A stretch of DNA of 43,578 nucleotides from a virus. Both the position numbers and the translations under genes were made by a program. The notes beneath the pieces are model-generated. The model searched no databases. It was not told the origin of the DNA and saw only the letters and a list, made by a program, of their open reading frames with translations. Shown here one piece after another: positions 16,741-25,629 of the stretch. How positions within the stretch are numbered: the first letter of the stretch is position 1; the number at the start of each line of letters is the position of its first letter. Where the stretch lies: positions 1 through 43,578 of the IMG/VR virus record IMGVR_UViG_3300045996_001765, one strand, 5' to 3'.

Positions 16741-17054
16741 CGAGCCTGTGGACCGTCGCCCGGGTCGACACCGCGGGCGAGCACATCACCGACGAGCAGC
16801 GCGCCGAGGCCTTGGCCTGGGTGCAGTCCTTCGTCCCCGACTTCAGGCAGCTGACCCCATGGCTGGCCGTCTCGCAGGACGAGCACACCAAGGCCTACCG
16901 GCTGCACCTGTCCCGGTTCGCCCTCGACGCCGACGGCCAGAAGATCCCCGACCACGCCCTCAAGCGGTTCCACACCGAGCCGCTGACCTTCCCCATCACC
17001 ACCTGGCCGGGCTGGCTCGCCGACGTCTGGCAGCAGCAGATCGGAGAGCACTGA
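16737..17054 (+). CDS. hypothetical protein
   Basis: GTG 16737 is in a GTGA overlap. It is the last 105 codons of a long track ORF. Confidence 0.5.
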   Translation: MTSLWTVARVDTAGEHITDEQRAEALAWVQSFVPDFRQLTPWLAVSQDEHTKAYRLHLSRFALDADGQKIPDHALKRFHTEPLTFPITTWPGWLADVWQQQIGEH

Positions 17055-17055
17055 C

Positions 17056-17469
17056 ATGGCCGTCCTGGCTTTGACCAACGAGTACAACACCTTCAACTCC
17101 GTCGACCTGTCCGACCACGTCCGGTCCGGGGTCGTCACCGCGAACGCCGACCAGCTCGACTCGACCGCCATGGGCGACTCGTGGCGGGAATACACCGGCG
17201 GCCTCAAGGGCGGCACGTACGCGGTCGAGTTCCTCGACGACTTCGCGTCCGGCTCGGTCGACGCCACCACGTGGGGCGCGTTCAACACCGGCACCGCGGT
17301 CGCGGTCGCGGTCCGGCCGGTCAACACGACCATCGCGACGACCAACCCGGAGTACCAGTTCAACATCCTGCCGAACCAGTGGTCGATGGGCGGGCAGCTC
17401 GGCACCATGGCCGGGAAGACCCTCACCTACCCGATCACCGGCGCGATCACCCGCGACGTCACCCCGTAA
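17056..17469 (+). CDS. tail-tube-like protein (paralog B; candidate major tail protein)
   Basis: The product is 137 aa and shares the WREYTGGLKGGT pattern with 16015..16740. Confidence 0.55.
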   Translation: MAVLALTNEYNTFNSVDLSDHVRSGVVTANADQLDSTAMGDSWREYTGGLKGGTYAVEFLDDFASGSVDATTWGAFNTGTAVAVAVRPVNTTIATTNPEYQFNILPNQWSMGGQLGTMAGKTLTYPITGAITRDVTP

Positions 17470-17472
17470 GCC

Positions 17473-17994
17473 GTGAGCTTCCGGGTCCAGCTCGCCGGCG
17501 GAGACTCGCTCGGCAGCGTCGCCCGGGATCTCCGCCGCGCCGGGAAGGGCTTACGGCCGACGGTCGCGGCGAAGCTGCGGAAGCCGACCGAGCGGGTCTA
17601 CCGGGTGGTCTACGACAGCATCCTGACCGCGGACCTCCCGGGCCAGCGGGTCCGGCGGGCGAAGCGCCCGTTCCGCGGCCGTGTCGCCTCGCAGGGACTG
17701 CGGCGGCCGACCGCGCGGGCGCTCACCTGGAAGGTGTCGACGTCCGCGGGGAACCCGACGGCGCACATCGAGTTCCGGCGGACGAAGATGCCCATCCGGA
17801 TCCAGCCCCTCTACCCGTACTGGGTCGGGCAGAAGACCAAGCTGAGGCACCCCGTCATGGGCAACCGCAAGGTGTGGGCCGGACAGACCGTGCCGAACGT
17901 GTGGCAGCAGACGAGGCGGCTCGCCCCCGCGGCGCAGGCCGCGGTCCGGGACGCGATCAACGAGACCGCCGACATCATCGCTGGGAGACGCTGA
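17473..17994 (+). CDS. basic tail-module protein (HK97 gp10-like?)
   Basis: GTG 17473. The product is Arg/Lys-rich. Family assignment is only a weak impression. It contains a TTA codon at 17551-17553. Confidence 0.5.
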   Translation: MSFRVQLAGGDSLGSVARDLRRAGKGLRPTVAAKLRKPTERVYRVVYDSILTADLPGQRVRRAKRPFRGRVASQGLRRPTARALTWKVSTSAGNPTAHIEFRRTKMPIRIQPLYPYWVGQKTKLRHPVMGNRKVWAGQTVPNVWQQTRRLAPAAQAAVRDAINETADIIAGRR

Positions 17995-18453
17995 GTGAAG
18001 CTGCGCATGGGTGAGGCGGACCGGGCCCGCTACGGCGGTCCGCCCTTGCTGGACTGGGACCCGGACGTGCTGACGGTCGCCGAGGCGGAAGCGTTCGAGG
18101 CCAACCTCGGCGTCGAGGCCCGCGAGTACGGCGGACGCAAAGGCTGGCTTGCCACGGCCGGTGAGCCGGCAACACGGTGGGCGTTGTGGCTGTCGCTGTG
18201 CCGGGTGGGTGTCGAGATCGCCTGGGGCGAGTTCACCCCGGACGTGTCGGAGGCTCACGCCCTGCGCCCGCCCGCAACCGCTGCGCCCGCCGAGGAGCCC
18301 GGCGTCGTCCACCCTTCGCGGGCGTTGCGGCTGCGCGTCGAGGAGTACACCCCGGCACTGATGCACTTCTACCACCTGCGCTGGGACGACATCCCGCGCC
18401 TGCCGCTCGGCCTGTTCGGCCGGCTCGTGGACGGACTGCCGAAGGCGGGGTGA
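17995..18453 (+). CDS. putative tail assembly chaperone
   Basis: It lies immediately upstream of the tape measure. It is acidic, and its C-terminal LRWDDIPRLPLGLFGRLVD resembles chaperone T-segments. It is in the same frame as 17473..17994, separated only by TGA 17992-17994. Confidence 0.5.
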   Translation: MKLRMGEADRARYGGPPLLDWDPDVLTVAEAEAFEANLGVEAREYGGRKGWLATAGEPATRWALWLSLCRVGVEIAWGEFTPDVSEAHALRPPATAAPAEEPGVVHPSRALRLRVEEYTPALMHFYHLRWDDIPRLPLGLFGRLVDGLPKAG

Positions 18454-18457
18454 CCTG

Positions 18458-20398
18458 ATGTCCCGCGACGAAGAGCTGAAGATCAAGGTCACCGGCACCC
18501 GCGAGGGTGAGCGGGACCTCGACCGGCTCGGCGACGCCGTCGACGACGTCAGCAAGTCCGTCACCGGCCTCGGCAAGGCGTCCGACAAGGCGGGCAAGCA
18601 GGTCGACGACCTCGGCGACGAGGCGACCGGCGCAGCCCGCGACATGGCCGGCCTGGCCGACGAGCTCGGCGACGCACGCGAGGCAGCGGTCCGCGCGGGC
18701 CTGGCATTCCGCGACACCGCGGGGAAGATCCGAGACCTGAAGGGCGCCTACCTCGGCGCCGCCCGCGCACAGCAGATGCTCGCCGGCGGGCCCGGCGGCG
18801 GATTGGGCCGCGGCGGTGGCGGCGGCAAAGGCCGCGGACCCGGCTGGTGGAGCGTCGCCGGCGGGATGGCCGGCCAGGTCGGACAGATCGGCTCCACCGT
18901 CGGATCCGGAATCGCTGGCAGCCCGGTCCTCGCCGGAACCGCGGTCGCCGGCGGGATCGCCGCAGCGCCAGCGCTCGGTGGCGCGGTCGGCGGCGGCGTC
19001 ATCGCCGGCGCCGCGCTCGGCGCGGTCGGTGCCGGTATCGCCGGGGCGGTGCGGGGCGCCGGCGGTGACGAGATCCGAGACGAGTTCGGCTCGGCGATCG
19101 ACGACGTCGCCAACCGCTGGAAGTCGTCAACGGCCAACTGGGTCGGTCCGCTCCTCGGTGGGATCGAGGAACTCGACGGCGCATTCAAGAGCCTGCCGAT
19201 CGAGTCGGTGTTCGGCAAGGCTCGCGACTACGTCAAACCCCTCGCGGAGGGAGTCGCAGGCCTGACGACCGGTGTCGGGCGCGGGGTCAACTCGCTGGTC
19301 CGGGAGGCCGGCCCAGTCGTCGAGCGACTCTCGGAAGAGTTCGCCGAGCTCGGCGGTGACATCGCCGAGTCGATGGAGGCCATCTCCCAGGGCGCCCCCG
19401 GCGCGGCGGATGCCCTCGGTGATCTTCTGGATGTGACCGGCGGGCTGATCGCCGGCTTCGGCAAGGTCGTCCTCGGCGCAGAGCACATGTACTCGGCGCT
19501 GGAGGAGAACCCGCTCACTGGGTGGGGCCACGACGTCTTCATGGGCATGATGGAGTCCGAAGCTGAGGTCGTGCAGCAGGTCGGCCGGACCCTCGATAGT
19601 GCCGCATCGTCCACCGGCCGCTACGCGGACGTGCAGAAGCTGCTCAGCGACGCTGCAAACGAGTCGAACGAGGCGATCGAGACGCAGCTCGGCATCATGC
19701 TCCAGCAGGGCGAAGCGACCGACAATGCTGTTCGGGCGGTCCAGGCGTTCAAGGAGGGCCTGGAAGAGACCGGCGGCGTCATGAAGGGCAACTCCGAAGC
19801 CGCTCTGGACAACCGCGACCGGCTCCGGGACGTGATCGCCGCTTGGGAGGACGATCGAGAGGCCGCGATCGCCGCTGGCGGCGGGACGCGTGATGCGATC
19901 AATGGCGCCAACGCTGCCCTGCTCGGTCACCTTGAGGAACTGCGCCGGATCATGAGAGCGCACGGCGCGAACACCGACGAGCTCGACGCGTACATCCGAA
20001 AGATCAAAGAGGCCAACGGCATGGTCTCTGTGGTGACGCTTCGAACCGTCTACGAGAACATTGGCACTCCTGGTGAGCGGCTTCGCAGCGGCCACTCCCG
20101 GCTCGGCTCTGACGACCAGTACGCCGCCGGCGGCGATGTCCGCCGGACTGGCATAGCGCTCGTCGGTGAAAACGGTCCGGAGCTGCGGTTCCTGAACCAG
20201 GGTGACCACATCGTCAACGCCACCGACACTCGCCGAATGCTCTCCGGCGCGGCCGGCAGCAGGGGCGGAGGGGTTTCACCCGCCGCCGCCGCGCAGGCGC
20301 TACCGCCCCTATCGGTGCTGGAGCAGTACCTCGTTGCGATGCTGATGCGGATGATGCAGGACGGGCTCTTCCAGGTGCCGAGCACCGCGATCGTCTAG
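18458..20398 (+). CDS. tail tape measure protein
   Basis: The product is 646 aa and helical. It has a Gly-rich block and hydrophobic Gly/Ala segments. The C-terminal LVGENGPEL motif is present. Its position before the distal tail gene is appropriate. Confidence 0.9.
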   Translation: MSRDEELKIKVTGTREGERDLDRLGDAVDDVSKSVTGLGKASDKAGKQVDDLGDEATGAARDMAGLADELGDAREAAVRAGLAFRDTAGKIRDLKGAYLGAARAQQMLAGGPGGGLGRGGGGGKGRGPGWWSVAGGMAGQVGQIGSTVGSGIAGSPVLAGTAVAGGIAAAPALGGAVGGGVIAGAALGAVGAGIAGAVRGAGGDEIRDEFGSAIDDVANRWKSSTANWVGPLLGGIEELDGAFKSLPIESVFGKARDYVKPLAEGVAGLTTGVGRGVNSLVREAGPVVERLSEEFAELGGDIAESMEAISQGAPGAADALGDLLDVTGGLIAGFGKVVLGAEHMYSALEENPLTGWGHDVFMGMMESEAEVVQQVGRTLDSAASSTGRYADVQKLLSDAANESNEAIETQLGIMLQQGEATDNAVRAVQAFKEGLEETGGVMKGNSEAALDNRDRLRDVIAAWEDDREAAIAAGGGTRDAINGANAALLGHLEELRRIMRAHGANTDELDAYIRKIKEANGMVSVVTLRTVYENIGTPGERLRSGHSRLGSDDQYAAGGDVRRTGIALVGENGPELRFLNQGDHIVNATDTRRMLSGAAGSRGGGVSPAAAAQALPPLSVLEQYLVAMLMRMMQDGLFQVPSTAIV

Positions 20399-20886
20399 CG
20401 GAGCGCGATTTCGAGGAGTCCTCGCCGCAGGTCCGCCTCACTGTAGGTGCGGGCGGGCTGCTTGCCGACGTGCAGCTGGTAGGTCTCAACCCCGGTCGGA
20501 ATGCCGACGACTGTGAACTCGAGGACACACGCCAGCCCGTCGGCTCGCCCGGGGCCGAGGTGGCCGGCCGCGAGCTGCGCGCCACCGACGTCGGTGACGA
20601 CGACGGCGGCGCTCGCGGCGATGTCCTGATATTGGCCTCGGCCGGCGCATGACGTTGCAGTCTCGTCGACCTGAGTCCAGAGCGTCACGGTCCCGCTTGT
20701 GCCGAATGCGGGCGCGGTTGCTTTCGCGGCGACTTCAGTTGACGCAGGCAAGCTGGGCGCGCCTGCGATCGCGGGGTTGGGCGGCTGGTCGCCAGCGGTC
20801 ATCAGCCAGGCACCGGCCGCCGCGAGCGCGCCCAGAACGGCGATAGCGGCGACGCCTATCGCCACGGCTGCTCGTCGGCGGGACAT
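20395..20886 (-). CDS. membrane-anchored or secreted protein of unknown function (reverse-oriented moron)
   Basis: The minus-strand ORF starts at ATG 20886 (MSRRR followed by a 23-residue hydrophobic helix); a TTG at 20949 is an alternative start. Its stop shares CTAG with the tape-measure stop. Its third codon positions are visibly richer in A/T than those of its neighbours. Confidence 0.65.
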   Translation of the reverse strand: MSRRRAAVAIGVAAIAVLGALAAAGAWLMTAGDQPPNPAIAGAPSLPASTEVAAKATAPAFGTSGTVTLWTQVDETATSCAGRGQYQDIAASAAVVVTDVGGAQLAAGHLGPGRADGLACVLEFTVVGIPTGVETYQLHVGKQPARTYSEADLRRGLLEIALR

Positions 20887-20976
20887 GGCGAGGCGGAACG
20901 GCTCTTCGGGGGTCGCGGTCACGCACGCGAGTGTGCACCCGTCACGCAATGATCACATCGGGTGAAGGGGTGACTC

Positions 20977-23721
20977 ATGCCTGCCCGCTTCGACCCCACT
21001 GTGGAACTCGCGCCCGGCGCCGACCTGACCGCCGAGCCGTCGACGTGGTCGTGGACCGACATCACCGACTACGTCTTCGAGCCGACGAAGGCCGCCATCC
21101 GGCGCGGCCGGCCGGACCGCTATGCCCAGGCCCCGCCCGCGGCGGTCCGGCTGACGCTGCTCAACCCCGACGGCATCTGGTGCCCCGACAACCCGCTCGG
21201 CACCTACTACGGCCAGCTGGACATCAACACCCCATTGCGGGTCCTGAACCGGCCGCTGACGAACACACTGATCGACGGGTTCGCCCGTACCGCTGCTTCG
21301 AGCTGGGGCTCCGCCGACACTGGCGGGGCGTGGACGAACACCGGCGGCGCGGCATCCGACTACTCCGTCAGCTCGGCGAACGGCGGCAGGCACCTGCACA
21401 CCGCCGCGGCGAGCAGCCACTACTCGACCTTGGCGAGTCTTTCGATCGTCCGGTCGGACGTCCGGGTCCGCGTGCGGGTCAACGCTCTGTCGACGGGTGC
21501 CGCGCAGACTGCGGGCATCACCGTGCGGTGGGCGTCGGCCAGCGCGAACCGTAGGGCTGAGGTGCAGTTCGGGACGGCCGCCGCCCTCACCGGCCGGCTG
21601 ATCGTCCGCGACGGCGGCGTCGACACCGTCGTCGGCACGGCGACCGCCACCCCGACCCACACCGCAGCGACGTGGTACTGGATCCGCCTGCAGACCGGGC
21701 TGACGACCGCGCGGATGAAGGTGTGGGAGGACGGCACCGACGAGCCGGCCACCTGGTTGCTCGACGGTGAGGACGGCTTCTTCTCCAACCCGGCCGCCGG
21801 CTACTGCGGCGTCTACTCGATGCGCGAGACCGGCAACACCAACGCCAACGCGACCGTCGACTTCGACGGATTCGAGATGGTCGACGGGCCGCGGATCCAG
21901 TTCACCGGCTACGTCGACTCGTGGCCTACCACCTGGGTCGATCAGTCCGAGGGTGTGCAACTGGCGCCGATCACCGCGTCGGGCCGGCTGAAGCAGATCT
22001 CGCAGGCGCAGCAGCTGAAGTCCGCGCTGCGCCGGGCCAGCACGGCCGAGGCGTACTCCGGTGCGCCGCTCGCCGTCGCCTACTGGCCGATGGAGGACGC
22101 CAGCGACGCGACGATCCTCGGGTCGGCGATCGCCGGTGCGCCGCCTATGAGCTTCACGGACCTCCGGCCGGCCGGGACGGCTATGGCCGGGTCCGACCCG
22201 CTGCCGACGTTCGGTGAGAACGCCACGTTCTACGGCGTCGTACCCGCCTACGCGTCGTCCTCTGAATGGGCCGTCCGGGCGTTGATGAAGTTCGACGCGG
22301 GACCGTCCGTCAACAGCGGCGTGCTGGCGTGGACGACGACGGGCACCCTCTCCCGGGTCGCGTTCGTGATCAACACCGGCGGTCAGTGGTCGGTGCACGG
22401 CTACAACACTGCTGGCGTCGAGGTTTTCGGCACACCCGTCGCGAACTTCGTCGATGTCAACGGTGGCCCGCTGGCCGGCCAGCAGTTCTACATGGTCGCC
22501 GACGCCACCCAGAACGGCGGGAACATCGACTGGAGCGTGATGCTCTACACCTCGGCCGGCGGGGTCGGTCTGTCCGGCTCGTACGCCGGGACGGTCGGCG
22601 CGGTCGCCCGGGTCTTCCACTCCGCGTTCCCCGGGTACACGGCCGGCGGCTACACCATCGGGCACGTCGCCGTCGGGTCGGACACGGCGCTGCTGACCGG
22701 CGCGGAGATGCTCGCCTGCGGCTACGCCGGCGAGCTGACCTCGACCCGCTTCACCCGGCTCGCGGCGGAGGAGAACCTCCCGAACTACTTCGGCGAGATC
22801 TTGACCGGCGCGGGGTCGACGACGCAGACGATGGGCCCGCAGCGGACGACGTCGCTCATCGGCCAGCTCCGCGAGGTCGAAGCGACGGAGTTCGGGCTGC
22901 TCTTCGACGGCAAACAGGGCCAGGTCACACTCCTGCCCCGGACGCTGCGGCAGAACCACGCCGTGGACCTGGTGCTCGACCACGACGGCCGGGACATCAC
23001 CGGCTACCAGCCGATCTACGACGACGTCCTGCTCCGCAACGACATCCGGGTCACCAACGCGGGCGGGGCATCGGCAACGGCGCAGGACCTGCCCGGCATC
23101 CGGGCCCGCGGTGTCCGTCCCGAGACGGCGACGATCAACGCGCACAAGGACACCGACGTCCAGCTGCACGCCGACTGGAGGCTCAACATCGGCAAGACCG
23201 CCCGGCGTCGCTGGCCGGGGATCGTCATCGACCTGGCCCGCAGTCAGGACCTCATCGAGGACTGGCTCAACTGCGACATCGGCTCGCGGATGACCCTGAC
23301 CAACCTTCCGGCGCCGCCGTTCTACGACGACCCGGACCTGCTCATCGAGGGCTACACCGAGGTCTTCGACAGCTTCAGCTGGACCGCGACGATCGACACG
23401 TCCCCGGCCGAGCCGTGGAACGTCTTCGAGCTCGACGACCCGGTCCTCGGCTGGATGCACACCTCCGGCTCCGAACTGGCGTCGGGCATCAACAGCTCGG
23501 CGACGAGCCTGTCCGTGGCGACGCCGACCGGCCCGGTGTGGCCGACGACCGCGAGCCCCTTCGACATCGTGATCGGGGGTGAGCGGATGACGGTCAACAC
23601 CGTGACGGGCACGTCCACACCGCAGACGTTCGACGTCACCCGCTCCGTCAACGGCGTCGTCAAGGCCCACCTCGCCGCCGCTGCGGTCGTGCACTACGGG
23701 GCGGGGGTGCTCGGGCTATGA
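20977..23721 (+). CDS. minor tail protein (distal-tail-protein-like N-terminus fused to a large C-terminal region)
   Basis: The product is 914 aa. The N-terminus (W.DIT.YV....I.RGR.D......A.L.L.NPDG...P.NP...YG.L) fits the siphovirus distal tail pattern. ATG 20977 is preceded by gaagggg. Confidence 0.8.
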   Translation: MPARFDPTVELAPGADLTAEPSTWSWTDITDYVFEPTKAAIRRGRPDRYAQAPPAAVRLTLLNPDGIWCPDNPLGTYYGQLDINTPLRVLNRPLTNTLIDGFARTAASSWGSADTGGAWTNTGGAASDYSVSSANGGRHLHTAAASSHYSTLASLSIVRSDVRVRVRVNALSTGAAQTAGITVRWASASANRRAEVQFGTAAALTGRLIVRDGGVDTVVGTATATPTHTAATWYWIRLQTGLTTARMKVWEDGTDEPATWLLDGEDGFFSNPAAGYCGVYSMRETGNTNANATVDFDGFEMVDGPRIQFTGYVDSWPTTWVDQSEGVQLAPITASGRLKQISQAQQLKSALRRASTAEAYSGAPLAVAYWPMEDASDATILGSAIAGAPPMSFTDLRPAGTAMAGSDPLPTFGENATFYGVVPAYASSSEWAVRALMKFDAGPSVNSGVLAWTTTGTLSRVAFVINTGGQWSVHGYNTAGVEVFGTPVANFVDVNGGPLAGQQFYMVADATQNGGNIDWSVMLYTSAGGVGLSGSYAGTVGAVARVFHSAFPGYTAGGYTIGHVAVGSDTALLTGAEMLACGYAGELTSTRFTRLAAEENLPNYFGEILTGAGSTTQTMGPQRTTSLIGQLREVEATEFGLLFDGKQGQVTLLPRTLRQNHAVDLVLDHDGRDITGYQPIYDDVLLRNDIRVTNAGGASATAQDLPGIRARGVRPETATINAHKDTDVQLHADWRLNIGKTARRRWPGIVIDLARSQDLIEDWLNCDIGSRMTLTNLPAPPFYDDPDLLIEGYTEVFDSFSWTATIDTSPAEPWNVFELDDPVLGWMHTSGSELASGINSSATSLSVATPTGPVWPTTASPFDIVIGGERMTVNTVTGTSTPQTFDVTRSVNGVVKAHLAAAAVVHYGAGVLGL

Positions 23722-24188
23722 GCCTCACCGCCGGGCCGTTGACCGCGCAGATGCTCATCGACCGGCTCCCGAAGATGGTCCGCAAGACCGCCGACGAGAC
23801 CAACGCCACGACGACGATCCAGTCCGACGACGAGCTGCTCCTGGCCCTCGACGCCAGCAGCTCCTACCGAGTCAAGCTGATCGCGGTCGTCAACGCGCCG
23901 GCGGCGACCGACATGAAGATGGAGTGGACCACCCCGGTCGGGGTCAGCGGCTACTGGACGCTGAAGAACCGGAGCTTGGTCGGGGCCGCGGACACCGTCT
24001 ACCAAGGCTCGCTGGGCTGGGCGACCCAGGGTCAGATCGAGGGTTCAGCGTCGGACATCGTCGTCGAGATCTTCGGCGTCATCGTCACCACCGCCGCCGG
24101 CACGCTGACCTACCGCTGGGCGGCGCAGGCCGCGGGGACGGTCGCGGTCAAGACCAACTCGTACTTGGAAGTCCTGAAGTTCATGTAG
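23718..24188 (+). CDS. minor tail / tip protein (hypothetical)
   Basis: ATG 23718 is in an ATGA overlap. The product is 156 aa and beta-rich. Confidence 0.55.
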   Translation: MSLTAGPLTAQMLIDRLPKMVRKTADETNATTTIQSDDELLLALDASSSYRVKLIAVVNAPAATDMKMEWTTPVGVSGYWTLKNRSLVGAADTVYQGSLGWATQGQIEGSASDIVVEIFGVIVTTAAGTLTYRWAAQAAGTVAVKTNSYLEVLKFM

Positions 24189-24196
24189 GAGGCGCA

Positions 24197-25111
24197 GTGG
24201 CTCCGAACCCGAACCCGGCCCGGATCACCGAGCCGATGTGGCGCTTCATCGAGCGGGTCGTCGCGCTCAACCCGAACGACACCGTGTACTCCGGCAGCTA
24301 CGTCCTCAAGCCGGGCTACCACGCCACCGTCGATGACAACCTGTCGCGCTGGCCGGGGAACTACTCGATCCGCCTCGCCGCCGACCTGAAAGGCCCACGG
24401 GACAAGACCCGCGGGATCGACTTCAAGTCCAAGCAGGCCGCGGCCGGGGCGAAGCCGACCGTCATGGCCACCCGCGGCGCCCGCGTCCGCGCCGCCGCGA
24501 AGGCCGGCGACCCGCGGGTGTCGAAGTGGCGGGAGTACCTCGGCCAGTTCGACGTCGACCAAACCCCGGAAGCGATCGACTTCCAGACCCTCGTCGAGCG
24601 CCAGCCGGACTCGACGCACGAGTGGCACGAGCACCTCAGCATCCTCACCCAGTACGTGAACGACCCCGAGGCGTATGACGCCATGTACTCCGTGCTCTCC
24701 GGCCAGAGCCTGGCCGACTACCAGAAAGGCAGGGCCAGCATGGTCGACCTCAGCCCCGAGTCGGAACGGCAGCTCGACGCCGTCGACGAGACCCTCTTCC
24801 GCGTGCTCATCGAGGGCGCCAACGCGGTCGCGCTCCCGCCGCACCCGGCCGGCACGCCGTGGCAGACCCACCCGGTGTGGCTCGTCGCCGCCGCCGAGAG
24901 GCTGCAGGCGGGCGTGACGCAGCTGCTGCAGCGGCCACCCGCCGAGGCGGTCGTCACGCCCGAAGCCGAGCAGCGCATCATCGACGGCCTGTTCGAGAAG
25001 CTGTCGACGAAGCTCGGCGACGTCATCGTCCAGGCACTGCTCGACCCGCAGGTCCGGCAGGCCGGTGTCGAAGACGCCCGGCAGGGCGCGGAACTGTCCA
25101 GCAACAGCTAA
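24197..25111 (+). CDS. putative LAS-type zinc metallopeptidase (endolysin or tail-associated cell-wall hydrolase)
   Basis: GTG 24197 is preceded by gtaggagg. It has an HxxxD motif (GYHATVDD) and an HxH motif (HEWHEHLS), as in LAS peptidases. It is the only lysin candidate I can see. Confidence 0.45.
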   Translation: MAPNPNPARITEPMWRFIERVVALNPNDTVYSGSYVLKPGYHATVDDNLSRWPGNYSIRLAADLKGPRDKTRGIDFKSKQAAAGAKPTVMATRGARVRAAAKAGDPRVSKWREYLGQFDVDQTPEAIDFQTLVERQPDSTHEWHEHLSILTQYVNDPEAYDAMYSVLSGQSLADYQKGRASMVDLSPESERQLDAVDETLFRVLIEGANAVALPPHPAGTPWQTHPVWLVAAAERLQAGVTQLLQRPPAEAVVTPEAEQRIIDGLFEKLSTKLGDVIVQALLDPQVRQAGVEDARQGAELSSNS

Positions 25112-25133
25112 CACCGTCCCGAACGGGGTACAT

Positions 25134-25451
25134 GTGGATGTGCAGGCAATCGCCGCTTGGCTGGTCGGCTTGGCGGCCGGGCTCGGAGCATTGGGGTGGC
25201 TTGTGACGAAGACGTGGCGCGGTCTCCGTAGCCTTGGCCATCTCGCCGACGACCTGCGGGGTGAGCCTGCCCGTCCTGGCGTCCCGGCCCGGCCCGGCAT
25301 CATGGACCGGCTGGCCTTCATGGAGCACCGGCTCGCCGTCGTCGAGTCCGACGTCGGCAAGGTCAAGGCCGAGGTCACCCCGAACGGCGGCGGGTCACTG
25401 AAGGACGCCGTCACGCGGATAGAGCAGCAGCAGCGCCGCGAACTGACCTAG
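25134..25451 (+). CDS. single-pass membrane protein with a coiled-coil tail (lysis-associated?)
   Basis: The start is GTG 25134 or 25140. The TM helix is AIAAWLVGLAAGLGALGWLV. The C-terminal motif is TPNGGGSLKDAV. Confidence 0.5.
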   Translation: MDVQAIAAWLVGLAAGLGALGWLVTKTWRGLRSLGHLADDLRGEPARPGVPARPGIMDRLAFMEHRLAVVESDVGKVKAEVTPNGGGSLKDAVTRIEQQQRRELT

Positions 25452-25596
25452 TCCGTCCACCGGACCGGAAACACGCCAACCCAAGCCTCGTGTCGGCCCT
25501 CGTGCCCGGCCGGTTTCGCGCACCGCACCTCGACGTCGCCGTTGGCCGTCGGGCTGACGTGCGTCGCTGAGCAGGTCTCTTCCACTCCCTCAAGCT

Positions 25597-25622
25597 AGCC
25601 CGCTGACCTCGGTCGACGGGCT
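25597..25622 (+). terminator. stem-loop followed by CTTTG at the end of the late operon
   Basis: agcccg (25597-25602) pairs with cgggct (25617-25622), with an inner gacc/ggtc pairing, followed by ctttgcc. Confidence 0.45.
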
Positions 25623-25629
25623 CTTTGCC

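Noticed and set aside
17551-17553. In-frame TTA (Leu) codon in the tail-module gene 17473-17994, considered as a possible bldA-type translational control point
   Set aside because: TTA is rare in such GC-rich coding DNA, and it would matter if the host is a Streptomyces. However, I did not exhaustively scan all genes for other TTA codons, and the host is unknown, so no claim is made.
17995-18458. Search for a slippery heptamer and a -1 extension typical of tail assembly chaperone G/GT
   Set aside because: The ORF runs to within 5 nt of the tape-measure start. The alternative-frame ORFs (18149-18361 and 18177-18458) have Arg/Pro/Ala shadow composition. I found no convincing XXXYYYZ site by eye.
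20953-23694. 913-aa minus-strand ORF antisense to the minor tail gene
   Set aside because: This is a typical shadow ORF of very GC-rich DNA. The translation is low-complexity Arg/Gly/Pro/Asp-rich, and there is no ribosome-binding site. The plus-strand frame encodes a protein with a recognisable distal-tail N-terminus and proper operon tiling.
25411-25593. 60-aa minus-strand ORF in the gap after the late operon
   Set aside because: It has Arg/Ala-rich shadow-type composition and no SD. It overlaps the end of a plus-strand gene and terminator-like structures.
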